Of a stretch of 64,000 bases of DNA, positions 10,197-19,968 are shown piece by piece. A model generated the notes under the pieces. That model was not told the origin of the DNA. It did not search any database and saw only the letters and a program-made list of their open reading frames with translations. The stretch is from an uncultured Desulfobacula sp. GTDB lineage: Bacteria; Desulfobacterota; Desulfobacteria; Desulfobacterales; Desulfobacteraceae. The stretch spans positions 61,420 through 125,419 of the forward strand of contig CAZUDE010000002.1 in NCBI GenBank assembly GCA_964619205.1, read 5' to 3'. How positions within the stretch are numbered: the stretch's first letter is position 1; each line of letters starts with the position of its first letter. A program made the translations under genes and the position numbers.

Positions 10197-12166
10197 AAAC
10201 ACCGCGGTTTTATCTGGGCGCAATTCTTTTTTTCTGGGGCTGGCAGGTTGGGCTTTTATGGATTGCCCTTTGTCTTGCCGTCACCCTTGAATCCGCCCGC
10301 ATGGTGAAAACCCGGTTTGAACTGCAGCCATCCGATTTTAATAAATTTGTGGACATCAGCACGGTTCTTCTGGCCGGCACCATTGTCGCGGCCCTGACCA
10401 CTGAGGCACAAAAAGCCAATCTCATCCTGCTGCGATGGCTGCCCCTGATTTTTTTCCCCATTATTGCGGCCCAGGAGTTTTCAGCAAAGGGCAGAATAGA
10501 CATTCGATCCTTTTTTCTTGCCGCACGAAAAAAGTCAGAGATGCGGTTCTATGTAACAAAAGAAATTGATGTGTCCTATATTTACGCATTTTTCTGCATC
10601 ATGTCCTCAGCCTATGCAAACACAAAAGGCCTTCTGTATTTTTTTAGCGTTGTGGTGTTTTTTGTTTGGGCACTGCGGCAGATCCGTCCGGGACGATCAC
10701 CTCTGGCAGGGTGGGGGTTATGCATCCTCACGGTGATCATCCTCGGGTATGAAGGCCAGATTGCTGTCCGTGCAGCGGGCCGCAATATCAGTCATTGGAT
10801 CATGTCCTATTATACCCGTTACCACATGACCGACCCCTTTAAAACATATACGGCCCTGGGTGAAATCGGGGACTTGAAATTTTCAGATAAAATTGTACTC
10901 CGGGTATCTTTTGACGATTATGTGCCGGGAAAAAGCTATCTGCTTCACAGCGCTACCTATAACCGGTTTGCATCTTCCAGCTGGTTTGCAAAATACCCGT
11001 TTCAAAAAATTGAAGGAAAAAGAAACAACACGTTCTGGCAGGTGAATCCTTGGGCAGGCACTCCCTTAAAAATGACCCAGTATTTCCGGCTTCAAAAGGG
11101 AAAATCGGTTCTGGGTCTTCCTCCCGGTGTCATTGACATCTCTGAAATGAAAGCCGGTGAATGCGAGAAAAATGCCATGCAGGTCATCCGCATTGAAGAT
11201 GGTCCTTCTCTTCTCAAAGCGGTTGTGTCCTATACCGGGTCATCTGGCTTTGATGCCCTGCCCGGGCCGGATGATTACGGTGTTCCGATAAAAGAAAGAT
11301 CCGCCTTGGAGGCCACGGCAAAAAAACTCGGGCTTGAAAACAAATCCGAAGAAGAGATTTTGAAAACCGTTTATGCCTTTTTTTTGTCTGAGTTTTCCTA
11401 TTCCCTTGAACTTAAGGGTAAAGGCAGGAGCCAGACCCCTCTGGAGAATTTTCTGTTTAACACAAAGACCGGGCATTGCGAATTTTTTGCCACGGCAACC
11501 GTGCTTCTGCTGCGGCAGGCAGGACTTCCGGCCCGGTATGCCACAGGATTTATCGCCCATGAATATTCAACCCTTGAAGACCGGCTGGTGGTAAGGCTAA
11601 GGGATGCCCATGCCTGGGCAAAGGTCTTTGTCAATGGGCAATGGCGGAATATTGATACTACACCGGCCTCGTTTCTGGGTTTTGATAATGAAAAAATTCC
11701 GACCTCTCTATTGGAAGACCTCTTTTCTTTTCTTGGGTTCAGCCTGTCCCGGCTCCGCCATGAAACAGGCGCAAAGCTCATGGAGAGATATGGGCTATGG
11801 CTTATTCTGCCGCTTTGTCTGATTTTGTTTTTAAGACTTAGAAAAGCGGGTCAGATCAAAAGAATCAGTGATCAAGGCCAACCAGGAAAAGGGAGAAAGA
11901 AAAAAGAAAAGGCCACCGGATTCTACCGCATCGAAGAGATCCTGTCTCAAAAGGGCCTCCCCCGGTATCCCCATGAAACCCATGCCGTATGGCTGAAAAG
12001 GATCGAAAAGCACATCCACGAAAAAGAATTGATAGAGCATCTTTTCATTGTCCTCGGGCATCACCATCAATTCCGCTTCGGGCCGCCGGGACAAACGGAA
12101 GAGATCAAAAAAAAGCTTGAGAAAGAGGTTGCTGCTTTATCGGAAAAATTGTCAGCCATGCTCTGA
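10193..12166 (+). CDS. Membrane protein with transglutaminase-like domain (TgpA-like)
   Basis: N-terminal TM helices; catalytic triad motifs GHCEFFATA, DAHAW, IDTTP. Confidence 0.9.
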   Translation: MKTPRFYLGAILFFWGWQVGLLWIALCLAVTLESARMVKTRFELQPSDFNKFVDISTVLLAGTIVAALTTEAQKANLILLRWLPLIFFPIIAAQEFSAKGRIDIRSFFLAARKKSEMRFYVTKEIDVSYIYAFFCIMSSAYANTKGLLYFFSVVVFFVWALRQIRPGRSPLAGWGLCILTVIILGYEGQIAVRAAGRNISHWIMSYYTRYHMTDPFKTYTALGEIGDLKFSDKIVLRVSFDDYVPGKSYLLHSATYNRFASSSWFAKYPFQKIEGKRNNTFWQVNPWAGTPLKMTQYFRLQKGKSVLGLPPGVIDISEMKAGECEKNAMQVIRIEDGPSLLKAVVSYTGSSGFDALPGPDDYGVPIKERSALEATAKKLGLENKSEEEILKTVYAFFLSEFSYSLELKGKGRSQTPLENFLFNTKTGHCEFFATATVLLLRQAGLPARYATGFIAHEYSTLEDRLVVRLRDAHAWAKVFVNGQWRNIDTTPASFLGFDNEKIPTSLLEDLFSFLGFSLSRLRHETGAKLMERYGLWLILPLCLILFLRLRKAGQIKRISDQGQPGKGRKKKEKATGFYRIEEILSQKGLPRYPHETHAVWLKRIEKHIHEKELIEHLFIVLGHHHQFRFGPPGQTEEIKKKLEKEVAALSEKLSAML

Positions 12167-12209
12167 AATTTCAGGAAAGGTTTACTTGAGTTCATGATCC
12201 TGGTGATAT

Positions 12210-14177
12210 ATGCTTGCTGTGTTCAGAAAACAGGAAAAAGATTATATGGCTACCAAAAACAGAACCAGAGATGTGACCGCCACTGTCACGGCATTGTATG
12301 AGATATCAAAGGCAATCAATACCACAAAAGGCCTTGATGATCTTTATAAAGCCATTCACATGTCTTTGAACAAGATCTTGAATCTGGAAAATTTTGCCGT
12401 TGCCATCTACCATAAGGAAAAGGATTCCATCACATTGCCTTATTTTGTGGATGAAAGGGATCCAAATCCGGGAGAAGTGTTTGATATCAGCAAGAAACAA
12501 TCCTTGACAGCCCGAGTGATTAATACCGGAACCCCGTTGATATTTAAGGAAGAAGAAATCAAAAACTTGTCTACCGGCAAGGTAGAATCATTAATTGGAA
12601 CTGTCCCCAAGGTCTGGGCAGGCGCACCCCTGAAAATCAGGGGCCGCTCCTTTGGCGCCATCGTCGCCCAGAGCTATCGGTCCAAAGATGCATTTAAAAA
12701 AAATGATCTGGAACTTTTAACTTCCGTAGGCGAATTCATCGTAGCTTCCATTGAGCGCAAACGGGCAGAGGTCGCCCGGAAGCAAAGCGATGAAATCAAT
12801 CAGGTTCTGCGTGAGATCACAAGCGCCATCCACAGCTCTGAAAATTTATACCAGTTGTTTGAGACCATTCACCAGACATTGGGCAGGCTCTGGGATGTTT
12901 CAAATTTTTATATCGGCCTGTATGAAAAAAAAAGCAATATCCTGACATTTCCTTTTTTCCGGGATGAATATGACGATATCACGCTCTTGGATGCTGTCTA
13001 TTTAAAGGCCAATTCATTAACTTATACGGTGTTCCAGGCCCTCAAGCCGGTTCTTCTGAAAAAACCGGATCTGGATATCCTGAAGGCGCAGAAAAGCATG
13101 TTGGGGACTGTTCCCCTTATCTGGCTCGGGATTCCCCTGATGGCAAAAACCGAGCCCATTGGGATAATGGTCATCCAGAGTTATTCAAATCCAGGGCTGT
13201 TTGATAAGAAGGATGTGGATATTTTATGCTCTGTGTCTGAACAGATTGCCCTGGCCATTGAACGCAAGCAGGCAGAGAAAGCCTTGCGGGAGAGCGAGGA
13301 AAAGCATCGCCTTCTTTATGAGAATGCTGTGGAAGGAATCTTCCACAGCACACCGGACGGCCGGTATCTTTCCGTCAATCCTTCTTTTTTAAGGATTTTC
13401 GGGTTTAATTCACAGGATGAGCTTTCTGAGCACTTCAAAGACATTGGAAAACATCAGTATCTGAACCCGGAAGACCGGGATAATTTTAAGAAAACTGTTG
13501 AGACACAAGGGGTTATCAAGGCCTTTGAAACCCAATTGTTCAAAAAGGACGGCACCCCCATCTGGGTTTCCATGAATGCCCGGGCAGTAAGGGATGATAT
13601 GGGGGCGCTGCGTTATTATGAGGGTTTTCTGCAGGATATTACCGAGCGTAAAACGGCACAGGAGGAACTCTACCGGATTTCCATTCATGACCACCTGACC
13701 GGCCTCTGCAACAGGCGGTATGTTTTTGAGCGGCTTGATGCAATGGTGAATGAGTGTCAAAGACAAGTCCGGTATTTTTCCATTTCCATTATTGATCTGG
13801 ATCATTTCAAAAAAATAAATGATACCCATGGCCATCAGGCCGGTGACTTTATCTTGAGAGAGTTTGCGGCAATTCTGTCCGGCTGTTTCCGGCCCTACGA
13901 TATTGTGGGGCGTTATGGCGGTGAAGAGTTTATTGTCGTTGCAATGAATATTGATATTATAGAAACGCAGCATATGCTCGAAAGGTTCCGGGAGATCATC
14001 AAATGCCATGTTTTTGATTTCACAGGAACCCATATCCGGATCACCTTCAGCGCCGGTGTGGCCAATACAGGTGAGACAGGATCGGAAATAACAGTGGAAA
14101 ACCTCATCCGAAAAGCTGATGAGCGCCTTTATCTTGCCAAGGAAAAAGGCCGGGACAAAATTCTTATTAATTCATAA
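12210..14177 (+). CDS. Diguanylate cyclase, GAF-GAF-PAS-GGDEF
   Basis: DHLTGLCNRR, DHFKKINDTHGHQAGD, intact RYGGEEF with RxxD I-site (RPYD); two GAF-like repeats and a PAS domain. Confidence 0.95.
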   Translation: MLAVFRKQEKDYMATKNRTRDVTATVTALYEISKAINTTKGLDDLYKAIHMSLNKILNLENFAVAIYHKEKDSITLPYFVDERDPNPGEVFDISKKQSLTARVINTGTPLIFKEEEIKNLSTGKVESLIGTVPKVWAGAPLKIRGRSFGAIVAQSYRSKDAFKKNDLELLTSVGEFIVASIERKRAEVARKQSDEINQVLREITSAIHSSENLYQLFETIHQTLGRLWDVSNFYIGLYEKKSNILTFPFFRDEYDDITLLDAVYLKANSLTYTVFQALKPVLLKKPDLDILKAQKSMLGTVPLIWLGIPLMAKTEPIGIMVIQSYSNPGLFDKKDVDILCSVSEQIALAIERKQAEKALRESEEKHRLLYENAVEGIFHSTPDGRYLSVNPSFLRIFGFNSQDELSEHFKDIGKHQYLNPEDRDNFKKTVETQGVIKAFETQLFKKDGTPIWVSMNARAVRDDMGALRYYEGFLQDITERKTAQEELYRISIHDHLTGLCNRRYVFERLDAMVNECQRQVRYFSISIIDLDHFKKINDTHGHQAGDFILREFAAILSGCFRPYDIVGRYGGEEFIVVAMNIDIIETQHMLERFREIIKCHVFDFTGTHIRITFSAGVANTGETGSEITVENLIRKADERLYLAKEKGRDKILINS

Positions 14178-14195
14178 AATTTCATATCAGGCTTT

Positions 14196-14614
14196 TCAAA
14201 GAACCCGGCCGGTTATGGATCTGCTGATCTTTATAATATATGCCACATTGACAATGGCGCCCCGGTGAATTTTCCAGAAATAGTCCGGGTCCAGTTCATT
14301 TTCCAGGTCTTTGATGGTTTTGCGGATCAGGGTGAAATTCTGGAAAATAAAACCGATGCTGTTGTTCCTGTATTCGGATTTTTCGTTGTCTGACATTTTT
14401 GACACATCATCGCCATTAATCAGGATCTTTCCGGAGCTGCGTTCATCAATGTGCCGATGAGATTCAAAAAAGTGGTCTTGCCGGACCCGGAAGATCCCCA
14501 GACAGCTGTGAATCAATCCTTGTAAAAACTTAAGGGAATATCTGTCAGGGCTGTCATGGGCGTTTGGCCGAGACAATACTGTTTGTTTATACCGAAAAGC
14601 CCTATGGGTTTCAT
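14196..14614 (-). pseudogene. Chimeric pseudogene: LolD/MacB-type ABC ATPase 5' part fused to a LytTR-domain fragment
   Basis: From ATG 14614 (GGAG RBS): MKPIGLFGINKQY..ALTDIPLSFYKD*FTAVWGSSGSGKTTFLNLIGTL, then a frameshift to DERSSGKILINGDDV..IGFIFQNF, then LIRKTIKDLENELDPDYFWKIHRGAIVN (LytTR-like). Confidence 0.8.
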
Positions 14615-14730
14615 TTTTCTCTCCTGTTTCATGTGGGTATCCGTTTTTTAAAGCAGAGGATAAGAAATAAACAGGGCAGGTTCAAACCCTGTGAGACGAA
14701 CGGGCAAAAAAAGGGGGTGAACAGGTTGTT

Positions 14731-15351
14731 TCAGGGGTGAATGAAATCCGTGACATAGATGTTTTCTTTCATCTCCCGGCCAATGGTTGAAAACGGTGTG
14801 ATGCCGTAATCATGGCCCGGATACAGAATGGTGTCCGGCGGCAGGGCAATGACCCGTTCCTTGATGGAGTGGATCAGGGTGGCAAGGCTGCCGCCGGGAA
14901 GGTCTGTTCTGCCGGCATTCCCCACAAAAAGAGTGTCCCCGGAGAAAAGAGCGTTGCCGATATAAAGACAGATGGAGCCGGGCGTATGGCCCGGAGTATG
15001 GATGGTTTTTATCTCAAGGCTGCCCACGGCAAGGATATCTCCATCATGAAGTTCAATATCTATGGAAAGGTTTTTCTCCCGGTAAAACGATTTGTCATCC
15101 ACATGCATGGCCACGGGCACGGCAAAGTGCCGGGAAAGGGATGTGTTTCCCTCTACATGGTCCCTGTGGCCGTGGGTATTGATGATGTATTGGGGAATGA
15201 TTTTATTTTCATTGATCGTTCTGATGATCTTTTCATCCTCTCCGCCCGGATCAATGATTAGTCCTTTTTTGGTTTTCGGGCAGGCAACAATATAGGTATT
15301 GACGGCATAATCCCCGACATTCAGACAGTGAATCAGAATTGTGGTATCCAT
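14731..15351 (-). CDS. MBL-fold metallo-hydrolase (glyoxalase II-like)
   Basis: NTHGHRDH, HTPGHTPGS, FSGDTLF, YPGHDYG motifs. Confidence 0.93.
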   Translation of the reverse strand: MDTTILIHCLNVGDYAVNTYIVACPKTKKGLIIDPGGEDEKIIRTINENKIIPQYIINTHGHRDHVEGNTSLSRHFAVPVAMHVDDKSFYREKNLSIDIELHDGDILAVGSLEIKTIHTPGHTPGSICLYIGNALFSGDTLFVGNAGRTDLPGGSLATLIHSIKERVIALPPDTILYPGHDYGITPFSTIGREMKENIYVTDFIHP

Positions 15352-15512
15352 GTTAACCTCGTTTTAAAATAGCCACTGATTTTTCTTTCATAGCACATTT
15401 TCTTAAGGGTTGTCGATTCATTCATCCGTGAAAACCCTGATTTTTTTTCATGGCGTAGCCTCCGGGTGTATTGATGAATTGACATTTGTTTTTAAAAACA
15501 GACACAGCGATG

Positions 15513-15547
15513 ATTGTTATAATTGGTTGATAATGGTAATTATTTTT
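15513..15547. promoter_or_regulatory. Shared 22-bp motif (copy 1) plus Fur-box-like site upstream of the TonB-dependent receptor
   Basis: ATTGTTATAATTGGTTGATAAT is 19/22 identical to 36792-36813; 15529-15547 GATAATGGTAATTATTTTT matches the E. coli Fur consensus at 15/19; TTGACA at 15599. Confidence 0.5.
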
Positions 15548-15716
15548 TATAATCACAAATAAATTAAAATAATTCAAACAAATAATAACCAAAAAGTATT
15601 GACAAACAGCTACAATGTAAATAAACAATAGCCTGGTTTTGAGCAGGGACCCATTGCCTCCCAAAGCAGTGTGTCAGGGTCGGGGATTTATATTTTTTTA
15701 GTGTGGAGAGCTTGTT

Positions 15717-17735
15717 ATGAAAACAGTTGGGAAATTTTTAGCAGTCATATTATTTTTAATGATCCTTCCCATGGGTCTTGTTTCAGCTGAAGAAAAAAAA
15801 CAGCAGAGCCAGATCTTTGATCTCGGGGAGGTACTGATCATGGACAAAGGGGATGAGATCAACAGTATCACCACGACAGAGACGGTATCGATGGAGGATA
15901 TTGAAATGCAGGGGGCCCAGACCGCTGCAGACGCCTTGGAAATGATTCCGGGGATTGATGTCATGACCACTGGCAAGAACCAGTCAAGTATCAGGCTCAG
16001 GGGCTTTGATCAAAAACAGGTTAGAGTCCTGATTGACGGTGTTCCTGCCCATGAATCCTATGACGGATCCCTGGCTCTGGATATGATCCCCGTGGATTCC
16101 ATTGCCAGGATAAAAATCATCAAAGGTGCTTCATCCGTTCTTTACGGCCCCAATACCCTGGGCGGGGTCATTAACATCATCACTAAAAAAGGCGGTGAAA
16201 AACCTTATACCAGTCTGATAACATCATTCGGGCCCAATGATACCCAGAATTATATTGTCAACCACGGTGCGTCAAAGGGAAACTGGAATTACTGGGTTAC
16301 GGCAAGCCGCAGAAAATCGGGCGGGTATGACCTTTCCGATGATTTTGATAAAAACAACACACGGACAGGCCTGGGAACCGATTATAATGAGGACGGGGGT
16401 GTCAGGGATTTAAGCTATTATACAAAGAATACCTTTAATTCAAAAATCGGGTATGAGTATGATGCCACGTCAAAACTCTATCTGTCCTTTGATTATCATG
16501 AGAATGAAAAAGGCATCCCCACAATGCAGAAAAGATACTGGGAGTTTACCAACTGGGACCAGTGGCAGCTGAGTCTGGCAGGGGAGCATGATTTTACAGA
16601 CATCCTGTCCCTGAAGGCCAGGGTATATTATGTGGATCACGACGACAGCATTGAAGATATCGGCGGCTGGGATGCAAGCCATACCACTCCCGTGTCAAGA
16701 AAATGGTTTGAACGAAGCTCCTATGAGGACTATACCCTTGGCGGAGAAGTCCAGGCATATCTGGATTTCGGGGATGTGAGTCTTTTAAAGATGGGTCTTA
16801 ATTATATGAAAGATAATCATCAGGAGCAGGATTATCTTGATGCCACGTGCAGAGAAGTTGCCGGAGCTCCTTTTTATCCAGTGGGATACCGGCCTTTGAA
16901 AGAATTTGAAGCTGATGTTTATTCCTTTGGCATCGAAGATGAGGTTAAACTGACCAAACAGCTGACCCTGAATGCAGGGGTGAGTTATGATGTCTATAAA
17001 CCGGTTAAAAATTATTTTAATTATGTCCGTGATGATATTAAGACCTGGAACCCCCAGACAGGAGTGTCCTTTGATGTGACCGAGAATTTTAACCTGTATG
17101 CGTCAGTCGGTAAAAAGACAAGATTTCCACAGTTAAAAGAGCTTTACAGCGTTGTTGCCGGTGGAAACGCCAGCCTGAAGCATGAAGAAAATATAGCCTA
17201 TGAAATCGGAGCAAAAAAAAGATTCAACAAGATATTTGATATGTCTGTAGCTGCTTTTTTTAATGATATTGAAAATAGAATCGATCGGCAAGGCAGTGCG
17301 TATTTGAATAAATTTGAAACTGAAATCAAAGGGATTGAAACCCAGTTGAACATCACAACACCCTGGAACCTGGATGCTGCATTGAGTTATACATTTATTT
17401 CTTCAGAGGAAAAGGCCACGGCTTCGAGCACTGTGACAGATGCCGCAAACGTTCCCGGCCGAAAGGCAAGCCTTGATTTGAGGTATGCCTTTGATTTTGG
17501 GCTCACAGCATCTTTTCAGGCCATTTATACATCAGATCAGCTCGATACCTACGCTGTCAGGTACAAGGAATTTACTGTCTGCAATGCCAGGCTGAATCAG
17601 GCCATTCCCATTTTTGAAAAGGTTTCCACAGACCTTTTTCTGGAATTTTCCAATATTTTTGATGAAAATTATGAAGAAGGATGGGGCCCGACTCCGGGGA
17701 GAAGTTTTCTGGCCGGCATGAAATTCAGTTTTTAA
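15717..17735 (+). CDS. TonB-dependent outer-membrane receptor
   Basis: Signal peptide; plug motifs IRLRGFDQKQVRVLIDGVP and IKIIKGASSVLYGPNTLGGVINIITKK; C-terminal PGRSFLAGMKFSF ending in Phe. Confidence 0.96.
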   Translation: MKTVGKFLAVILFLMILPMGLVSAEEKKQQSQIFDLGEVLIMDKGDEINSITTTETVSMEDIEMQGAQTAADALEMIPGIDVMTTGKNQSSIRLRGFDQKQVRVLIDGVPAHESYDGSLALDMIPVDSIARIKIIKGASSVLYGPNTLGGVINIITKKGGEKPYTSLITSFGPNDTQNYIVNHGASKGNWNYWVTASRRKSGGYDLSDDFDKNNTRTGLGTDYNEDGGVRDLSYYTKNTFNSKIGYEYDATSKLYLSFDYHENEKGIPTMQKRYWEFTNWDQWQLSLAGEHDFTDILSLKARVYYVDHDDSIEDIGGWDASHTTPVSRKWFERSSYEDYTLGGEVQAYLDFGDVSLLKMGLNYMKDNHQEQDYLDATCREVAGAPFYPVGYRPLKEFEADVYSFGIEDEVKLTKQLTLNAGVSYDVYKPVKNYFNYVRDDIKTWNPQTGVSFDVTENFNLYASVGKKTRFPQLKELYSVVAGGNASLKHEENIAYEIGAKKRFNKIFDMSVAAFFNDIENRIDRQGSAYLNKFETEIKGIETQLNITTPWNLDAALSYTFISSEEKATASSTVTDAANVPGRKASLDLRYAFDFGLTASFQAIYTSDQLDTYAVRYKEFTVCNARLNQAIPIFEKVSTDLFLEFSNIFDENYEEGWGPTPGRSFLAGMKFSF

Positions 17736-17761
17736 CCTGAAACAGGTTTTTACATAGTTCC

Positions 17762-17794
17762 GGGCAGCGAAACAGGGCCATTATCTCGCTGCCC
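17762..17794 (+). terminator. Intercistronic hairpin after the receptor gene (mRNA stabiliser or attenuator candidate)
   Basis: GGGCAGCGA...TCGCTGCCC 9-bp stem, no U-tail. Confidence 0.4.
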
Positions 17795-17798
17795 ATAA

Positions 17799-18932
17799 AT
17801 GACCAAGGCATTAAAAATGACAAAATCAAAAATTTTATGGTCTCTTTTCTGTGTCATCATCTTTGCTTTTCTTTTCAGGGTTTATCTTGTTCATGAATCG
17901 AAAAATAAGGAAATTCCGGGCAAAACCCGCACCGTTACAGACATGAAGGACCGCACCTTTGAGGTGAAAGATCCCATAAACCGGATTGCTCTTTTAGGTG
18001 GCCCCACAGGCCAGATTGCATTTATCCTGGGAATCCAGGATCGTCTTTGCGCCGTGACCAATACCCTTAAAATGTCGCCCCTGGTCAGGGAAATGTATTT
18101 AAAGATCAAAGATCTTCCGGGGCCCCGGACCACATCGGGCAGTATCAACATTGAAGAACTCATCCGGTCAAATCCGGATATTGCCGTGGCAGGTGATATT
18201 GACGGCAATATCGTTCTTGAAAAAACCCGTATCCCCGTGGCCTTTCTCTCAGACAGTATGGGGGAAGGCCTTGTGGATATCAAAAAGGAAGTCCTGTTTT
18301 ACGGGTATCTGTTCAATGCAAAGGACAGGGCGGAAAAATATGTTAAATTTCTGGACCGGGTCACCGGTCTGGTGAGGCAAAGGACTAAGGACATCCCAAA
18401 AGATGCCAAGAAGACTGTTTTCCAGGGCTATAACCCCAGTCACCTTGTGACCCTGGGCGGAGACACCTTCATGCAGGAGCATATTGAACTTGCAGGCTGC
18501 TTGAATGCGGCGGAAACCATCACCACCCTGGGCGCACAGACCGGTCTTCATTCAGGGCTCGGCGAAGTGTCCATGGAACAGGTGCTGGACTGGAATCCGG
18601 ATATCCTGGTGATTAATTACGGGACATCTGATGACCTTTATACTGACCCCCAGTGGAATAAGATCAAGGCGGTGCAGGACCAACAGATTTTTTTTCAACC
18701 CGCCGGGATTTTTATTTTCAACCGGCCCACGGCAGAGTCGGCCGTTATTTTTCCTTTATGGCTGGCAAGCACGGCTTATCCGGACAGGTTTCAAGACCTT
18801 TGTATAAACTGTATTGTGAAGGAATTTTACAAGGAGATCCTCGGGTTTGATCTCAATGACGATCAGGTCAGGGGTATTCTTCTGGGGACCTATGAATTAA
18901 AAATGATGAAGGGGATCAGCCATAAAGGATAG
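17799..18932 (+). CDS. Fe/B12-type ABC substrate-binding protein (set 1)
   Basis: TVTDMKDRTFEV, NIEELIRSNPDI, VSMEQVLDWNPDIL. Confidence 0.9.
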   Translation: MTKALKMTKSKILWSLFCVIIFAFLFRVYLVHESKNKEIPGKTRTVTDMKDRTFEVKDPINRIALLGGPTGQIAFILGIQDRLCAVTNTLKMSPLVREMYLKIKDLPGPRTTSGSINIEELIRSNPDIAVAGDIDGNIVLEKTRIPVAFLSDSMGEGLVDIKKEVLFYGYLFNAKDRAEKYVKFLDRVTGLVRQRTKDIPKDAKKTVFQGYNPSHLVTLGGDTFMQEHIELAGCLNAAETITTLGAQTGLHSGLGEVSMEQVLDWNPDILVINYGTSDDLYTDPQWNKIKAVQDQQIFFQPAGIFIFNRPTAESAVIFPLWLASTAYPDRFQDLCINCIVKEFYKEILGFDLNDDQVRGILLGTYELKMMKGISHKG

Positions 18933-18993
18933 AGTCCGACATATCCAGGGAAGGTCCAACGCCTTCCTGCCGGAAACCTGGATCAGGATTTTT

Positions 18994-19965
18994 ATGTTTG
19001 TCCTTGTCCTGGTTGTAGTTTCATCCCTAAGCCTTGGCCGGGTGAATATTCCTTTTTTCCAGACGCTGAAGATCCTTTTTTCCCCTGTGTTTTCCCTGGA
19101 ACCGGACTGGTCCTCAACCACTTATTCAGTGGTCATGGATGTGAGACTGCCGCGGGTTCTGGCCGGAGTCCTTGTTGGGGCTGCGCTTTCCATATCCGGT
19201 GCATCTTTCCAGGGAGTGTTCCAGAACCCCCTGGTAAGCCCGCATATCCTGGGGGTGGCCTCGGGGGCCGGGTTCGGGGCAGCCCTGGCCATTCTTTTTT
19301 TTGACAATCTCTTCCTGATTTATTTTACCTCTTTTATATTCGGTCTGGCATCAGTGGCCATGACCTATGCCCTTTCAAGGGTGTATAAAATGACCCCGGT
19401 TCTTATGCTGGTCCTGTCCGGAATTGTGGTGGGGTCTTTGTTTTCAGCTTTGACATCGCTTCTGAAATATATTGCCGACCCCATGAACAAAATGCCGGCC
19501 ATTGTGTTCTGGCTTCTGGGATCGCTGAATCATGTGTCGTTTAGAAATCTTCTGATCACTGCGCCCCTCTTTATTATCTGCATTGCCGTCCTGCTTATGG
19601 TCAGATGGCAGATCAACCTTTTGTCCATGGGAGAAGAGGATGCAAAATCCCTGGGGGTAAACACCGAAACCCTGAAAGTCCTTATTATTGTCAGCGCCAC
19701 CATTGCAACGGCATCCGCCGTCTGCATCAGCGGCATCATAGGCTGGATCGGCATCATGATCCCCCACATCGGCCGGCTCATTGTGGGCCCTGATCATAAA
19801 TACCTGCTTCCCATTTCCATGGTCATCGGCGCTGCCTATCTTGTGGCTGTGGATACCATTGCCAGGACCGCACTTGCCACGGAGATTCCCATCGGAATAC
19901 TGACGGCGATTTTCGGGGCGCCCGTATTTGCTTTTTTACTCAGAAAAAGCCAGGGAGCTGCCTGA
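18994..19965 (+). CDS. FecCD/BtuC-family ABC permease (set 1)
   Basis: VRLPRVLAGVLVGAALSISGASFQGVFQNPLVSPHILGV, IGWIGIMIPHIGR. Confidence 0.95.
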   Translation: MFVLVLVVVSSLSLGRVNIPFFQTLKILFSPVFSLEPDWSSTTYSVVMDVRLPRVLAGVLVGAALSISGASFQGVFQNPLVSPHILGVASGAGFGAALAILFFDNLFLIYFTSFIFGLASVAMTYALSRVYKMTPVLMLVLSGIVVGSLFSALTSLLKYIADPMNKMPAIVFWLLGSLNHVSFRNLLITAPLFIICIAVLLMVRWQINLLSMGEEDAKSLGVNTETLKVLIIVSATIATASAVCISGIIGWIGIMIPHIGRLIVGPDHKYLLPISMVIGAAYLVAVDTIARTALATEIPIGILTAIFGAPVFAFLLRKSQGAA

Positions 19966-19968
19966 ACC

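Noticed and set aside
817-12166. MacAB-TolC operon and MoxR-DUF58-transglutaminase triad as novel systems
   Set aside because: Both are widespread, well-described gene arrangements with ordinary motifs.
14510-14530. In-frame TGA as selenocysteine
   Set aside because: It falls at a Glu position of an ABC ATPase that also has a frameshift and truncation, so it is a nonsense mutation.
14671-14692. tRNA T-arm-like GCAGGTTCAAACCCTG
   Set aside because: No acceptor, D or anticodon arms; better explained as a small ACAGGG/CCCTGT hairpin, with no second copy seen in the window.
15625-15716. Possible cobalamin or Moco riboswitch in the receptor leader
   Set aside because: Only a weak GACCC/GGGTC pairing; the leader is short and lacks the B12-box and the conserved cores of these riboswitches.
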